Shown here: one piece after another, positions 55,086 through 64,000 of the stretch
Layout of the letters: every line of letters begins with the position of its first letter
Numbering within the stretch: position 1 is the first letter of the stretch
Virus record (IMG/VR): IMGVR_UViG_3300008448_000045
Location: 1-64,000 of that record
Source of the DNA: a virus
Direction: 5' to 3' (one strand)
DNA: 64,000 nucleotides
Notes under the pieces: model-generated
The model's database searches: none
The model's input: only the letters and a program-made list of their open reading frames with translations
Told to the model about the DNA's origin: nothing
Position numbers and translations under genes: made by a program

Positions 55086-56272
55086 TACGCTGACTCTTTA
55101 ATTTTTTCGTAGTAAGCGTACTCGCCAAATGGAGGAACAACGGTATTATTTCCATGAATAATGAATACAGTATCACAATAGTTTTCATCACCCCAGCTAC
55201 CCCAAGGGTAACCATCAGTAAACATGATAAACTTCTTAGGTTGGATATTATTTTCCTTCATGTAATCCCAGTTAGCATCAAACTCGGTTCCACCCCCGCC
55301 GATAACTTCATAGTCGTCAAACTCGTCGGAATTGTATCCATTAAAGTCTGCTTCGTTATATACCCTAGTATCAAAACACCAAAGTTTCATATTAAAGTCT
55401 TTAAACTCTTGCATAATACCTTTGATTTCGCTAATGAAATCTTTAGCTTGCTCGTCTCCAATTGAACCTGACATGTCAATTCCTACACAGATGTCAATAG
55501 TAGTATCAAAATTTTGACCAGGCAAGACAGCGTTCATATGCCAACCTTTACGATTAGGCCGCATAAAAGTATAGTCATTTCGAATAGTACTTTGAATTTG
55601 CTGACGAAGAATTTCGCGCCAATTCATTTTAGGTTCGGTTAAATCTTTAATCATTCGAGCTACACTTGCCGGTACATTTCCTGCACCAGCGGCTTGCGCA
55701 GCTTGAATAACAGCCTCACGCATCTCGTCTCGAATTTGTTTAAGTTCTTCTTTGCTATATGAAGGCTTGTTACTTTTATTATCGCTATTACCCCAATCAA
55801 CGTGTTCGTCTAGAAGTTGGCCTAATGCAGCAAGTTCTTCCTCATCCATTTTGTCATAGATTTCGTCATACACTTGTTCAGCGCCCCAGCCGTAATACTT
55901 AGGGTCGTGAAAGATTTTAATGTCGGGGAGATTGTGGTCACCGATTCTATCTCGGACTAATTGTCCGTTAACACAATAATCGGCTGCAACATTCCAAATT
56001 TGACGATGCCTGCCTTCGTTTCTTCCCATATGGTCAAATACAGCATGGAGAATTTCGTGTGCAATAACAAATTCTACCTGCTTGGTAGTAAGAGGCTCAA
56101 AAAACTTACGGTTGTAAAAAATATGACGACCGTCAGTAGCAGCTGTTGGCAACCAATCGTCTGCTTCTTTAATTTGAAGTCTAGTAGCAAGATTACCAAA
56201 AAACGGATGGCGAAGCAATAAGCCAACCCTTGCAACAATAATTTTATCTACGACTGGATCTGAATGTCCCAT
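55085..56272 (-). CDS. Metallopeptidase-VWA protein (DUF2201-like)
   Basis: TAATDG, HEILH (HExxH), MIDAS DMSGS, GGGT.F, FTDG. Confidence 0.9.
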   Translation of the reverse strand: MGHSDPVVDKIIVARVGLLLRHPFFGNLATRLQIKEADDWLPTAATDGRHIFYNRKFFEPLTTKQVEFVIAHEILHAVFDHMGRNEGRHRQIWNVAADYCVNGQLVRDRIGDHNLPDIKIFHDPKYYGWGAEQVYDEIYDKMDEEELAALGQLLDEHVDWGNSDNKSNKPSYSKEELKQIRDEMREAVIQAAQAAGAGNVPASVARMIKDLTEPKMNWREILRQQIQSTIRNDYTFMRPNRKGWHMNAVLPGQNFDTTIDICVGIDMSGSIGDEQAKDFISEIKGIMQEFKDFNMKLWCFDTRVYNEADFNGYNSDEFDDYEVIGGGGTEFDANWDYMKENNIQPKKFIMFTDGYPWGSWGDENYCDTVFIIHGNNTVVPPFGEYAYYEKIKESA

Positions 56273-56300
56273 AGCATTTCCTTGTTTTTACAATGTATAT

Positions 56301-56329
56301 ATTGTAACAGGACCCGTAGGTCCTGTCAA
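56301..56329 (-). promoter_or_regulatory. Sigma70 promoter whose spacer is a perfect hairpin
   Basis: TTGACA-17 nt-TACAAT; ACAGGACC-TACG-GGTCCTGT at 56307-56326. Confidence 0.75.
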
Positions 56330-56345
56330 TTGGTTTAGCACCAAA

Positions 56346-57437
56346 TTATTGCTTTTCAGTAGCGGCGGCAATGTACTTGCCAAACTTAGAATGGAACTCG
56401 TCAAAGCACTTAATCTCGTCCGGATCTAACGGCAACTTGTAAGTACTTAGGGCAAGTTTAGTGCCCATAATGACAAGCTCAGTTTCAAAATTATCCATCA
56501 TAAACTGGAAGAAGTTGTTAACTTGATCATTCCAATCTTTAGCCTTTTTGTCGCAACTATCTTTAAGCTCGTAACACAGGCTAACAGTCAAAGAGTACAT
56601 GGCACTAATTTCTTTAGTATCCATCTTCTTAACTTTGCCTTGAAGAATATCGCTAGGATTAGGCATCTTACTAGCTATCTTACGATGAGCCATAAATTTG
56701 ATAGCAAGCCCTTCACCAATAGCACCAGAGGTTAGGTCGGTTAGTGTATCAGCATCAGTATCGTCATCAATGAGCAATTCGCTAACAAATGACCAAGAAC
56801 GTGGAGTAGCAAATGCACGTGAGCTAGACTTGGGATCAAAGTCATACAAGTCTTTCTTAGCGAAGCTCAAAAATCCAACTACATCTTTATGGATCTTGTT
56901 CTCAGTAGCCCATTCAAACCAGTCATCCCAATCAACTGACAGTTCCAAGTGAACAAAACGGTTAGCCAACGGAGCAGGCATACGATATGTAACACCCTTG
57001 TCAGTTTCACGGTTACCGGCCGCAACAATCGCAACATTATCTGGCAATTCATAAGTGCCAACACGACGATTAAGAACAAGTTGATAAGCCGCAGCCTGTA
57101 CGCTAGGCGCCGCCGAGTTCATTTCGTCAAGGAACAAAACAATATGCTTATGCTTAGATGCAAAATCTTTGCTTGGCAATTCTGAAGGGGGTGCCCAACG
57201 CATAGTGCCGTCGTTTGAATCAAAATATGGAATACCTTTAATATCTGTAGGTTCCCACAAGCTCAACCGAACGTCAATAACGTGAGCATCTAGCTCAACA
57301 CCGAGTTGCTTGATAATATCGGATTTACCAATACCTGGGGGGCCCCACATAAAAATAGGACGCTTGTTTTTAAACGCCTTGCGTAGAGACTTTTTAGCGG
57401 CCTTGGGCCCAACGGTGCGGCTAATAACTTCGCTCAT
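56346..57437 (-). CDS. MoxR-type / dynein-related AAA+ ATPase
   Basis: GPPGIGKS, LFLDEMN, AAGN, LANRF and TPRSW motifs. Confidence 0.92.
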   Translation of the reverse strand: MSEVISRTVGPKAAKKSLRKAFKNKRPIFMWGPPGIGKSDIIKQLGVELDAHVIDVRLSLWEPTDIKGIPYFDSNDGTMRWAPPSELPSKDFASKHKHIVLFLDEMNSAAPSVQAAAYQLVLNRRVGTYELPDNVAIVAAGNRETDKGVTYRMPAPLANRFVHLELSVDWDDWFEWATENKIHKDVVGFLSFAKKDLYDFDPKSSSRAFATPRSWSFVSELLIDDDTDADTLTDLTSGAIGEGLAIKFMAHRKIASKMPNPSDILQGKVKKMDTKEISAMYSLTVSLCYELKDSCDKKAKDWNDQVNNFFQFMMDNFETELVIMGTKLALSTYKLPLDPDEIKCFDEFHSKFGKYIAAATEKQ

Positions 57438-57487
57438 TTGATTTCCTTTAAAAAGTAAGGGGGGTTGAAATAACTTGCTATGTGCTT

Positions 57488-57516
57488 ATTATAAGCGAAG
57501 AAGTCTTAAAAGTCAA
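57488..57516 (-). promoter_or_regulatory. Sigma70 promoter
   Basis: TTGACT-17 nt-TATAAT. Confidence 0.85.
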
Positions 57517-57524
57517 CTAGAATT

Positions 57525-57920
57525 TTAACGATCTAGCTCTTTTTGGCGTTCGTTCATTGCTTTAACTAGTCCAAATTTTCTAATATCGTCCGAGAACAAG
57601 TAAAGCTCAAAACTTTTACGTTCAGAAAATACAGTAATACTTTGGTTTGTTAAATAATATGGACAGTCTATATATCTTTCCAAAAAGATAATAGTTTGCG
57701 GACTTAAATCAATTGGCTCGGTAAACGGAACTTCATACATTCTAATGTTAAGCTCGTTGGTTAAAAACTCAAAACCATCTTCACTAAGTCTAAACGCATT
57801 CTTTTTGTTTACTCTATTGCTTTGCCACCATTTATGAGAGTACAGTTGTACATTGGCATCGTCAACACTCTTCCCCCATTCTTTTAAAAAAATTTTAGTT
57901 AGAGCATCTCGATTTATCAT
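57525..57920 (-). CDS. Hypothetical protein (131 aa)
   Basis: Packed ORF. Confidence 0.7.
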   Translation of the reverse strand: MINRDALTKIFLKEWGKSVDDANVQLYSHKWWQSNRVNKKNAFRLSEDGFEFLTNELNIRMYEVPFTEPIDLSPQTIIFLERYIDCPYYLTNQSITVFSERKSFELYLFSDDIRKFGLVKAMNERQKELDR

Positions 57921-57921
57921 A

Positions 57922-58206
57922 TTAAGGTATGATAGTTCCAGTGGTTAATTTTACTACTTGAAAATCTTTGCAGCCAAATGTAAGGTTTAATTTTTTTGCT
58001 AAATTATGTGCGTGGCCTGGATTTGAAAAACTTACTTTTTTATATTTAGGTCCGGGGTAACTTGTCAAACTATTAGAACTTTTTAAGTTAAAAGGTTCGC
58101 CTTTATAGAAAACAGCCCAAATTGCATCAGCCTCTAAAATTTGTTCACTTTTATAGGTCTTTTTATCAATATGTTCTAATAGTATCTTAGGCTTTGGTCT
58201 ACTCAT
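57922..58206 (-). CDS. Hypothetical basic protein (94 aa)
   Basis: Start moved to MSRPKPK; CTAAATA late-like motif at 58239-58245. Confidence 0.7.
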   Translation of the reverse strand: MSRPKPKILLEHIDKKTYKSEQILEADAIWAVFYKGEPFNLKSSNSLTSYPGPKYKKVSFSNPGHAHNLAKKLNLTFGCKDFQVVKLTTGTIIP

Positions 58207-58248
58207 ATATACATAATCTCTTTGATTAACTACGTATATATTTAGCAT

Positions 58249-58497
58249 TTATTTGTTGGTTTCGAAACCACCACCGTCCATAGAAACAGATATAGTTTCT
58301 GTATTTGACGTTTGTTTTAATTGATTAAACATGGTTTCGTAGTCTTTATTAGACTTTTCTAACATTTCTAATAAAGCCAAGTTTAATAGCCGTGCTTGAA
58401 CAATTGGAATTCTTACTTCTTTAGATTGACTCAATTCTGCTGATCTTAATAACTGAGCAAATTGTGATAAAGGTAAAGTATTAATTTGATTTTGCAT
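58249..58497 (-). CDS. Hypothetical protein (82 aa)
   Basis: Packed ORF. Confidence 0.65.
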   Translation of the reverse strand: MQNQINTLPLSQFAQLLRSAELSQSKEVRIPIVQARLLNLALLEMLEKSNKDYETMFNQLKQTSNTETISVSMDGGGFETNK

Positions 58498-58960
58498 TTG
58501 ATAGAATTGCCTTCATCTCAATTTCATTTTTAAAAGGTCCTTTAAACGGATACCGTTCAATAGTAATTGCTTTTGGGCAAAAACTTTTAACCCAACCTTT
58601 GTTAAATTTTATAATGTAATACCCTGCACAGTATAAACTTTTGCTAGCATTAGATTTAGTAAACAGCGGAAGTTTTCTTCTAACATCATACATAGAGTTA
58701 TAGGGTTTACAAACAGTTGGATACCCATGACACTCCTTTGGTTCAAGAGTTGTAACTTTAACTTTATCATTGGATAAAAAGAACCCGTTGCCAAACTGTT
58801 TTACAAGATCATCTTTTTTATTAAACATGACTTCGCCAGTAGTACTACTCAACACAAATTTATTATTTTCTTTTTTGTGTAAGGTGGCAACTTTTTCTCC
58901 GTCTTGTTCAATGATCCAAAACTTTCCTTCAACGATTGGTTTTGCATAAATTTCTGTCAT
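58481..58960 (-). CDS. Hypothetical protein (159 aa)
   Basis: AAGGAG Shine-Dalgarno; coupled to the upstream gene. Confidence 0.75.
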   Translation of the reverse strand: MTEIYAKPIVEGKFWIIEQDGEKVATLHKKENNKFVLSSTTGEVMFNKKDDLVKQFGNGFFLSNDKVKVTTLEPKECHGYPTVCKPYNSMYDVRRKLPLFTKSNASKSLYCAGYYIIKFNKGWVKSFCPKAITIERYPFKGPFKNEIEMKAILSNAKSN

Positions 58961-59454
58961 TGTGTTTCTCCTTTGTTAGGAAATGGCCATGCATTGCTAG
59001 GTTTTGGTCTAGTTTTAAGTTTAACATTTTCTTCGATAACTGTACCGTCGTCTTCACATAGATTGACTTGATATGGAGCAATGATATGTACAGCAGAATC
59101 TTCTTCCATCCAATCATGATCAGCATCATACACCCAACTTGCACCACCTTCATAGTATGAGTTTTTAATGTCTTCTTGTTCTTCTTCGTCGATATCATCA
59201 CTAAACTCAAACTCAATATTAATGCTATCGTCAAACTCACAACCCCAACCTGCATCTTGTCTAGTATACGCTACAGGATCACCTTCCCAAGGCAGATTAC
59301 AATCTAAATCTGCTTCAATAAAACCTTGTCCCCATCGATAGGTTTCGTCAATATTAAACCAGCTAATAGAACCATCTGCATTATTACGGTACATTTCTAC
59401 ATGCCATACAATGCTTTTCTTTTCAAGCGGTTTGATGAGATATACTTTAGACAT
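58957..59454 (-). CDS. Acidic hypothetical protein (paralog A)
   Basis: Start moved to MSKVYLI; Asp/Glu/Trp-rich. Confidence 0.7.
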   Translation of the reverse strand: MSKVYLIKPLEKKSIVWHVEMYRNNADGSISWFNIDETYRWGQGFIEADLDCNLPWEGDPVAYTRQDAGWGCEFDDSINIEFEFSDDIDEEEQEDIKNSYYEGGASWVYDADHDWMEEDSAVHIIAPYQVNLCEDDGTVIEENVKLKTRPKPSNAWPFPNKGETQ

Positions 59455-59599
59455 CGTCGTATCCTTTCCCAAATCCAATATAAACAGTAAAGAATCCAAT
59501 TAACAAATTAATCGATACTTCGTGCGGAAATCTATCAAAATATACTGCTAATCCAAGTCCTTTAGTAGTACTGATGCTAAAACGTGGCCCGCTTCCCAT
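59447..59599 (-). CDS. Small protein (50 aa), absent from the ORF track
   Basis: MGSGPRFSISTTKGLGLAVYFDRFPHEVSINLLIGFFTVYIGFGKGYDDV; TAATG-coupled, with AAGGA Shine-Dalgarno. Confidence 0.65.
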   Translation of the reverse strand: MGSGPRFSISTTKGLGLAVYFDRFPHEVSINLLIGFFTVYIGFGKGYDDV

Positions 59600-60093
59600 T
59601 ATTCTTCCTTAAATTCTATGCATTTTCCGTCTTCGTCGGCAATAACAATTTTAACTTGATTACCATTTTCGTCTTCAATAAGAATAGGACCCCAGCACCA
59701 TGCTTCGCTTTCGTCTAATATCCAACCTTCTTGATCCTCTAGAACTTCGTAAGCACTTTCTTCTGCAATGAGATCTTCTAATCGTTGAATTTCGTCGTCG
59801 TCCATTTCTTCAGGCCAGTCATAATCTTCCCAACAGCCGTCATTCATTCCTTCAAGTTCAGAACTTTCAATGTTAGGGCCTGATAGATTGTACATATTGA
59901 CACTATCTTTTCGACCATCTCCGCCCGGTACAAACTCGAACTCAAACTCTGGAGGATTATCATCAGATGTTTCAACATAAAAACTAGCCCAGCGGAAACC
60001 AGTTTTACGTCGAATAGTCATTCCATCTTTAGTATAAAGTTCGTGTTCTTCGCATGATTTTTTATAATAAGTAGAAATTTTCCAGTTAGCCAT
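59599..60093 (-). CDS. Acidic hypothetical protein (paralog B)
   Basis: Start moved to MANWKIS, with AAGGA Shine-Dalgarno. Confidence 0.7.
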   Translation of the reverse strand: MANWKISTYYKKSCEEHELYTKDGMTIRRKTGFRWASFYVETSDDNPPEFEFEFVPGGDGRKDSVNMYNLSGPNIESSELEGMNDGCWEDYDWPEEMDDDEIQRLEDLIAEESAYEVLEDQEGWILDESEAWCWGPILIEDENGNQVKIVIADEDGKCIEFKEE

Positions 60094-60104
60094 ATTAATA
60101 TTCC

Positions 60105-60296
60105 TTAGTTGTCTAAGTCCATAGAATTCCATTCTTTGATCAGCGCAATTAATTCTTCTTCTGTATTGCACATAATCTTAGCGGTTTTCCAATCTTCTTT
60201 TTTGTCTCTGCCACCTATCTCAACCATCCAACCGTTATCATATCGATAGAGACTGATGTTCTCATTTACTTTTGTTAGTTTAGTTAATTTTGCCAT
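60105..60296 (-). CDS. Hypothetical protein (63 aa)
   Basis: Start moved to MAKLTKL, with AAGGAG Shine-Dalgarno. Confidence 0.7.
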   Translation of the reverse strand: MAKLTKLTKVNENISLYRYDNGWMVEIGGRDKKEDWKTAKIMCNTEEELIALIKEWNSMDLDN

Positions 60297-60297
60297 A

Positions 60298-61281
60298 TTA
60301 TTCTCCTTGGTATTTGGCTTGGAATGGTTCTGCATATTGCTGAACATTGTCTGCAACCTTTTTCATATCCCATGCATTACAGAACTTTAATAAACGAATA
60401 CCAACTTGTGTTACATCCTTAGGAACACAGTCGACTTTAATAGTTTTACTAATAAGTTCTTTAATGTTTTCTGGTTGATATTTTAGGTCAATTAATCGAC
60501 GATTGCGTTCGTAGTCATCTAAGACGCGATGCTCTGCACCTTCGTGGTCAACCCATCTCTGCAGCATGAGATTATTCCACGAATAGCCTTTGCTTTTACG
60601 ATCTTCGAACGCTTCAGTAAGACCCACTTTGTTTTTTGTGCCTTTAACACGCACACCCGGATACGCCGAGAAGACATTATCACTGGTATCACCACGCATA
60701 CACTTCTCAAACAATAACCATTCTGGGTGAACTTCTTTTGGTTCTTTTGTTTTTTTATCAACAACACGTTTACCCTTTGCATCAAAAATACCTTCGTGTG
60801 TAATATGATGTTCTTGTACACCATTATACTGGCTAACATTTGGAGCAATTAATTGATAAAAGTCGCTGTCAGTTGAAATGATTACGTGATTGTCATCGGT
60901 ATGACTTTGTATAAATCCAGCAATTAAATCATCTGCTTCTAGTTGTGGATGATGTAAAACTGTACAGTTAGTTTTTTCAATGATAAAGTTTTTAAATTCA
61001 TCAAATGCTTCCCAGAACAATTTATCTTCTTCTTGTTCTTTAACAGTCATAGCTGCACGAGTTTCGCTGCGATTACGTTTATAAGGCTCGTAAAAGTCCT
61101 TACGCCACGAACGACCTTCGAGGCAGAACACTACATGTTTCCCCTCAAAGTCATTCCATGCTTTTTTAATACTATTAAAGGTAATATGAAAAGCCATTCC
61201 TAGCTTAATATCACTAGATCCTTGAACAACATGTCTAGCACGAAAAAAAGTATTGGCTGTATCAACCAAAATATATGTCAT
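60298..61281 (-). CDS. rnh: 5'-3' exonuclease / T4 RNase H-like flap nuclease
   Basis: LVD..N, WRK..Y..YK.NR, EADD.I, STDSDF.QL and GD.SDN motifs. Confidence 0.93.
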   Translation of the reverse strand: MTYILVDTANTFFRARHVVQGSSDIKLGMAFHITFNSIKKAWNDFEGKHVVFCLEGRSWRKDFYEPYKRNRSETRAAMTVKEQEEDKLFWEAFDEFKNFIIEKTNCTVLHHPQLEADDLIAGFIQSHTDDNHVIISTDSDFYQLIAPNVSQYNGVQEHHITHEGIFDAKGKRVVDKKTKEPKEVHPEWLLFEKCMRGDTSDNVFSAYPGVRVKGTKNKVGLTEAFEDRKSKGYSWNNLMLQRWVDHEGAEHRVLDDYERNRRLIDLKYQPENIKELISKTIKVDCVPKDVTQVGIRLLKFCNAWDMKKVADNVQQYAEPFQAKYQGE

Positions 61282-61856
61282 ATGTAATATTCCATGTCTG
61301 CAGCAAAAACAAATCTGTAATCATCTGAGTCTATGATTCCAGGCCTATGCCATATTTTACTAGGATATATGACCCAAGTCAACTCCTTTGGTTTTAAGTA
61401 AAAAATATCTTTTTTGGTTGGCCAATCCATACAAAATTCTGTGCCAGCTGTATCTTGATTAGTAATTGACTTAGGAATATCCGCATACCAAACACCGCTA
61501 ATTGAATTAGTTGTTCCGTTATTGTTACTCAAATGGTGTGTGTGCCAAAGGTCGTCTCTATCCTCAACTTCGTTTTGACTGGTCATAAAACACCAAGCCA
61601 TCATGTTTTTAATTTTAACTTCACCGCCTAAAAATTGAAAAACAGAATAAATGAAACTTTGTCTCATTTTTAAAAAAACTGCTTCGTTGCGAGCAAACAA
61701 GTTTTCTTGTGTTTGAAACTTTGGACTATTTTTAAAATAATTGCCAGAGTCAATAATTTGTTTAACTACAGAAGTTAATTGATTCATATCTTCTTGTTTA
61801 ATTAAAGAAGACCAGTCGTATAAATCAATATATTCATTCTTATCAACAACTACCAT
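61278..61856 (-). CDS. Putative 2OG-Fe(II) oxygenase-like protein
   Basis: WH.H, ISGVWY, GTEF, IYPS..WH.P and R.V.A.D, typical of a double-stranded beta-helix fold. Confidence 0.65.
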   Translation of the reverse strand: MVVVDKNEYIDLYDWSSLIKQEDMNQLTSVVKQIIDSGNYFKNSPKFQTQENLFARNEAVFLKMRQSFIYSVFQFLGGEVKIKNMMAWCFMTSQNEVEDRDDLWHTHHLSNNNGTTNSISGVWYADIPKSITNQDTAGTEFCMDWPTKKDIFYLKPKELTWVIYPSKIWHRPGIIDSDDYRFVFAADMEYYI

Positions 61857-62284
61857 TAGCTAGCCTCTGATTTATCTTTAGTTATTTTGTTTATATTAAT
61901 GAATCCTGCTCCACGACTAGCATCCATACCTTCGTCGGTTAGCATATTTCTAACAATGTCTCGAAACCATCGATCTACAATTTCTTCTTCAGGATCTCCA
62001 TCAAACCCGTACCCAGCTTTTTTTAAATCTAAAATAAAGTGTGCATTCCAATCAAGCTCAAAAAAACCGTTACGAGGATTATCCTTATTAACTTTAGTGT
62101 CTAATACTGAAACCCACGGTTCTCCTTTTTTAGTAGCACGTTCTTTTGGAGTTAGTTTTGCAAGCTCTTCTTTTTCTTGTGCTAGAACTGTTTCTGCTAT
62201 TGCCTTATCTCTAGCGTCTTGAAGATTTTGTTTTTCTAATTCTATTTTATCAATGCCAAACAACTTTCTAATTATTTTTTTCAT
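61856..62284 (-). CDS. Hypothetical protein (about 142 aa)
   Basis: TAATG-coupled start MKKIIRK; GFFELDWN motif. Confidence 0.7.
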   Translation of the reverse strand: MKKIIRKLFGIDKIELEKQNLQDARDKAIAETVLAQEKEELAKLTPKERATKKGEPWVSVLDTKVNKDNPRNGFFELDWNAHFILDLKKAGYGFDGDPEEEIVDRWFRDIVRNMLTDEGMDASRGAGFININKITKDKSEAS

Positions 62285-63150
62285 TAAGTACCCCACTCAT
62301 TTTTAAATAATGGCACTTGCAAGCGGTCACTATAACGTAAACCTGCATTCATTGCCATAATAGCCACTGCTCGATTGTTTAATGCGTAGACACTTTCTAC
62401 TCCGCCGACTGGCATAAGATAAACATGTCCAGCAAATCCAGCCGCACGATATTCTTCAGTTGCACGTTTAGCATCTTCGAAGTCTTGCTCTGTGGCAATA
62501 ACAAATTTTAGATATGCTGTACCAACTTGTTCATATTCGCAAACAACTTCTGGAAGTATTGCTTCTTCCCATTTCTCACCACTACACGGAAGTTTGGCAC
62601 TAACACTAAATGTTAATGCATTATATCCTCTTGATTCAATACCCCAATTGAGTAAGTATTCTTTAAATTCCGGAGTAAGTTTTTGAGTACCGTTTGTTTC
62701 AAATGTAATTTCTTTTAATCCTGCCATTTTAGGATGATCTAGCAAATCTGGATAAGCACGTTGCCAACCTAGTAAAGGTTCTCCGCCAGTGATGACTAGA
62801 TGTTCATCTTTCCATTCGTGGAAAGGAATAATTTCCATAATGCGATCTACAATAGCATCACTAGTAAGCATTGGACTTAGTTCTTTAAAGCTAGGATGCC
62901 AGCTAGCATAACTATCGCAACCTGTACTAACTAATGGAAGGTCTTCATATTTTTTAAATGGAGGCTCATCGTGAATGTCTTGCAATAGTGCAAGATTGTT
63001 TGCCTCTTCGCTTAGTTCACCTCTAGGCATACCAAAGCCGGCACATTTAAAATTACAACCGAATGTACGTAAGAAAACGGACGGTACACCCATGTAACGT
63101 CCTTCGCCTTGTACGCTATAAAATAATTCTGCAATTTTTAATTTACTCAT
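62284..63150 (-). CDS. queE: QueE-like (7-carboxy-7-deazaguanine synthase / NrdG family) radical SAM enzyme
   Basis: E.FYS.QGEG..G.P.VF.R..GCN..C, CDS, ITGGEPLL, ETNGT, S.K, LKFV and RLQ motifs. Confidence 0.8.
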   Translation of the reverse strand: MSKLKIAELFYSVQGEGRYMGVPSVFLRTFGCNFKCAGFGMPRGELSEEANNLALLQDIHDEPPFKKYEDLPLVSTGCDSYASWHPSFKELSPMLTSDAIVDRIMEIIPFHEWKDEHLVITGGEPLLGWQRAYPDLLDHPKMAGLKEITFETNGTQKLTPEFKEYLLNWGIESRGYNALTFSVSAKLPCSGEKWEEAILPEVVCEYEQVGTAYLKFVIATEQDFEDAKRATEEYRAAGFAGHVYLMPVGGVESVYALNNRAVAIMAMNAGLRYSDRLQVPLFKNEWGT

Positions 63151-63373
63151 TTTCGTTTCTTTCTAAAAACATCGATACTTGATCTTCTGCATCAACATAG
63201 CTCTCCGCCCATACTGTAAACGTAGCAATACCATTCTTTGCACTTATATCAAACGGAACAACTCCGTTGGGTAACCAATTTTCTCCAACCTCTCTTTTAA
63301 TTTCAAATTTTTGCAAAGCGGTGGTTTTCATTCTATATATTAGTTCATCGGCAAGTTGCTTTGCGGTTGTCAT
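63143..63373 (-). CDS. Hypothetical protein (76 aa)
   Basis: Coupled ORF. Confidence 0.65.
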   Translation of the reverse strand: MTTAKQLADELIYRMKTTALQKFEIKREVGENWLPNGVVPFDISAKNGIATFTVWAESYVDAEDQVSMFLERNENE

Positions 63374-63654
63374 ATGATTTCCTTTTCATAAATCTTTGAC
63401 CATATTTTAAGCTTCTCTGATTTTTTTTGGCTTGCTTCTAATAGCTCTTGTTGGCTAAAAACTCCATGGTCGACTAACAGTTGTATCATTAACATAACAT
63501 CACCGGCTTCTTGAGTCAAGTGTGCTCTCTGAGTACCGCCGTCTTTATAACTATTGTCTAAACCGAATCTACGAATTTTACTAGCAGATACAATTAATTC
63601 TCCACATTCTTCTTGCAGGATATCTAAGATTTCTTGTATCTTGTTCATACACAA
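63370..63654 (-). CDS. MazG-like NTP pyrophosphohydrolase
   Basis: LQEECGEL....SK and L..E.GDV motifs. Confidence 0.8.
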   Translation of the reverse strand: MCMNKIQEILDILQEECGELIVSASKIRRFGLDNSYKDGGTQRAHLTQEAGDVMLMIQLLVDHGVFSQQELLEASQKKSEKLKIWSKIYEKEII

Positions 63655-64000
63655 TCTCCTTGCTCTGCTAATTTAGATACTTCTTTATTGCTAGCTTTTA
63701 CTTTTTTTTGCTTTCTAAATTCTGCTACATCATTAACAGCAGAGCGTAATGCTTGGGAATAATTAAGAGCTTGTTGTTCATTCATTATAGTACTAACTTC
63801 AGTTTCGATATAACCCTTAGTAAGCAACTTCCAAATTATTTGCCAACGATTTAACCCCCACCAAAGAGATTTCTGTTGTGTGTATATAGTTACAGTAACT
63901 CCAGCATCTTCAGCTTCTATCCACACATTTTGCATATGGTCAGTACTTGTACATTCACACATAATTGAATAGTGTTTGGCATCGCCGTAATCTCTGTGTA
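63645..64000 (-). CDS. Hypothetical protein with a CxC...H motif (5' end probably outside the window)
   Basis: The frame stays open upstream of 63962 to the window edge (HRDYGDAKHYSIMCEC). Confidence 0.65.
   Translation of the reverse strand, partial: HRDYGDAKHYSIMCECTSTDHMQNVWIEAEDAGVTVTIYTQQKSLWWGLNRWQIIWKLLTKGYIETEVSTIMNEQQALNYSQALRSAVNDVAEFRKQKKVKASNKEVSKLAEQGDCV

Noticed and set aside
1570-62686. Other short ORFs nested in or antisense to long genes (e.g. 1570-1887, 9229-9675, 18238-18660, 49848-50282, 58929-59255)
   Set aside because: They overlap well-supported genes and lack motifs or ribosome-binding sites.

Overview
AT-rich segment of a large T4-superfamily-like contractile-tailed (jumbo-type) phage genome in the standard genetic code. 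I saw no tRNA, rRNA, CRISPR array or mobile element. Left end: partial portal gene, a tape-measure-like gene, and a divergent gp26-like chaperone with a canonical -1 frameshift signal. Next come a roughly 400-nt structured minus-strand non-coding element directly behind a minimal GIY-YIG nuclease, an Hc1-like protein, a cytidylyltransferase and the gp46/gp47/gp55 block. 10.6-47.7 kb is a late baseplate/tail-fibre region, including a 4996-aa protein and Ig-repeat proteins. 47.7-52.9 kb is a six-gene glycosyltransferase-like cluster behind a consensus sigma70 promoter. The right end is a minus-strand early/middle region: thyX, a MoxR-type ATPase with a VWA-metallopeptidase, rnh, a 2OG-Fe(II) oxygenase, an atypical QueE-like radical SAM enzyme and a MazG-like protein. 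The best candidates for new biology are the GIY-YIG plus structured RNA/origin-like locus (5129-6032), the unannotated frameshift product (3171-4219) and the glycosylation cluster. All product calls come from motif recognition by eye, not from database searches.
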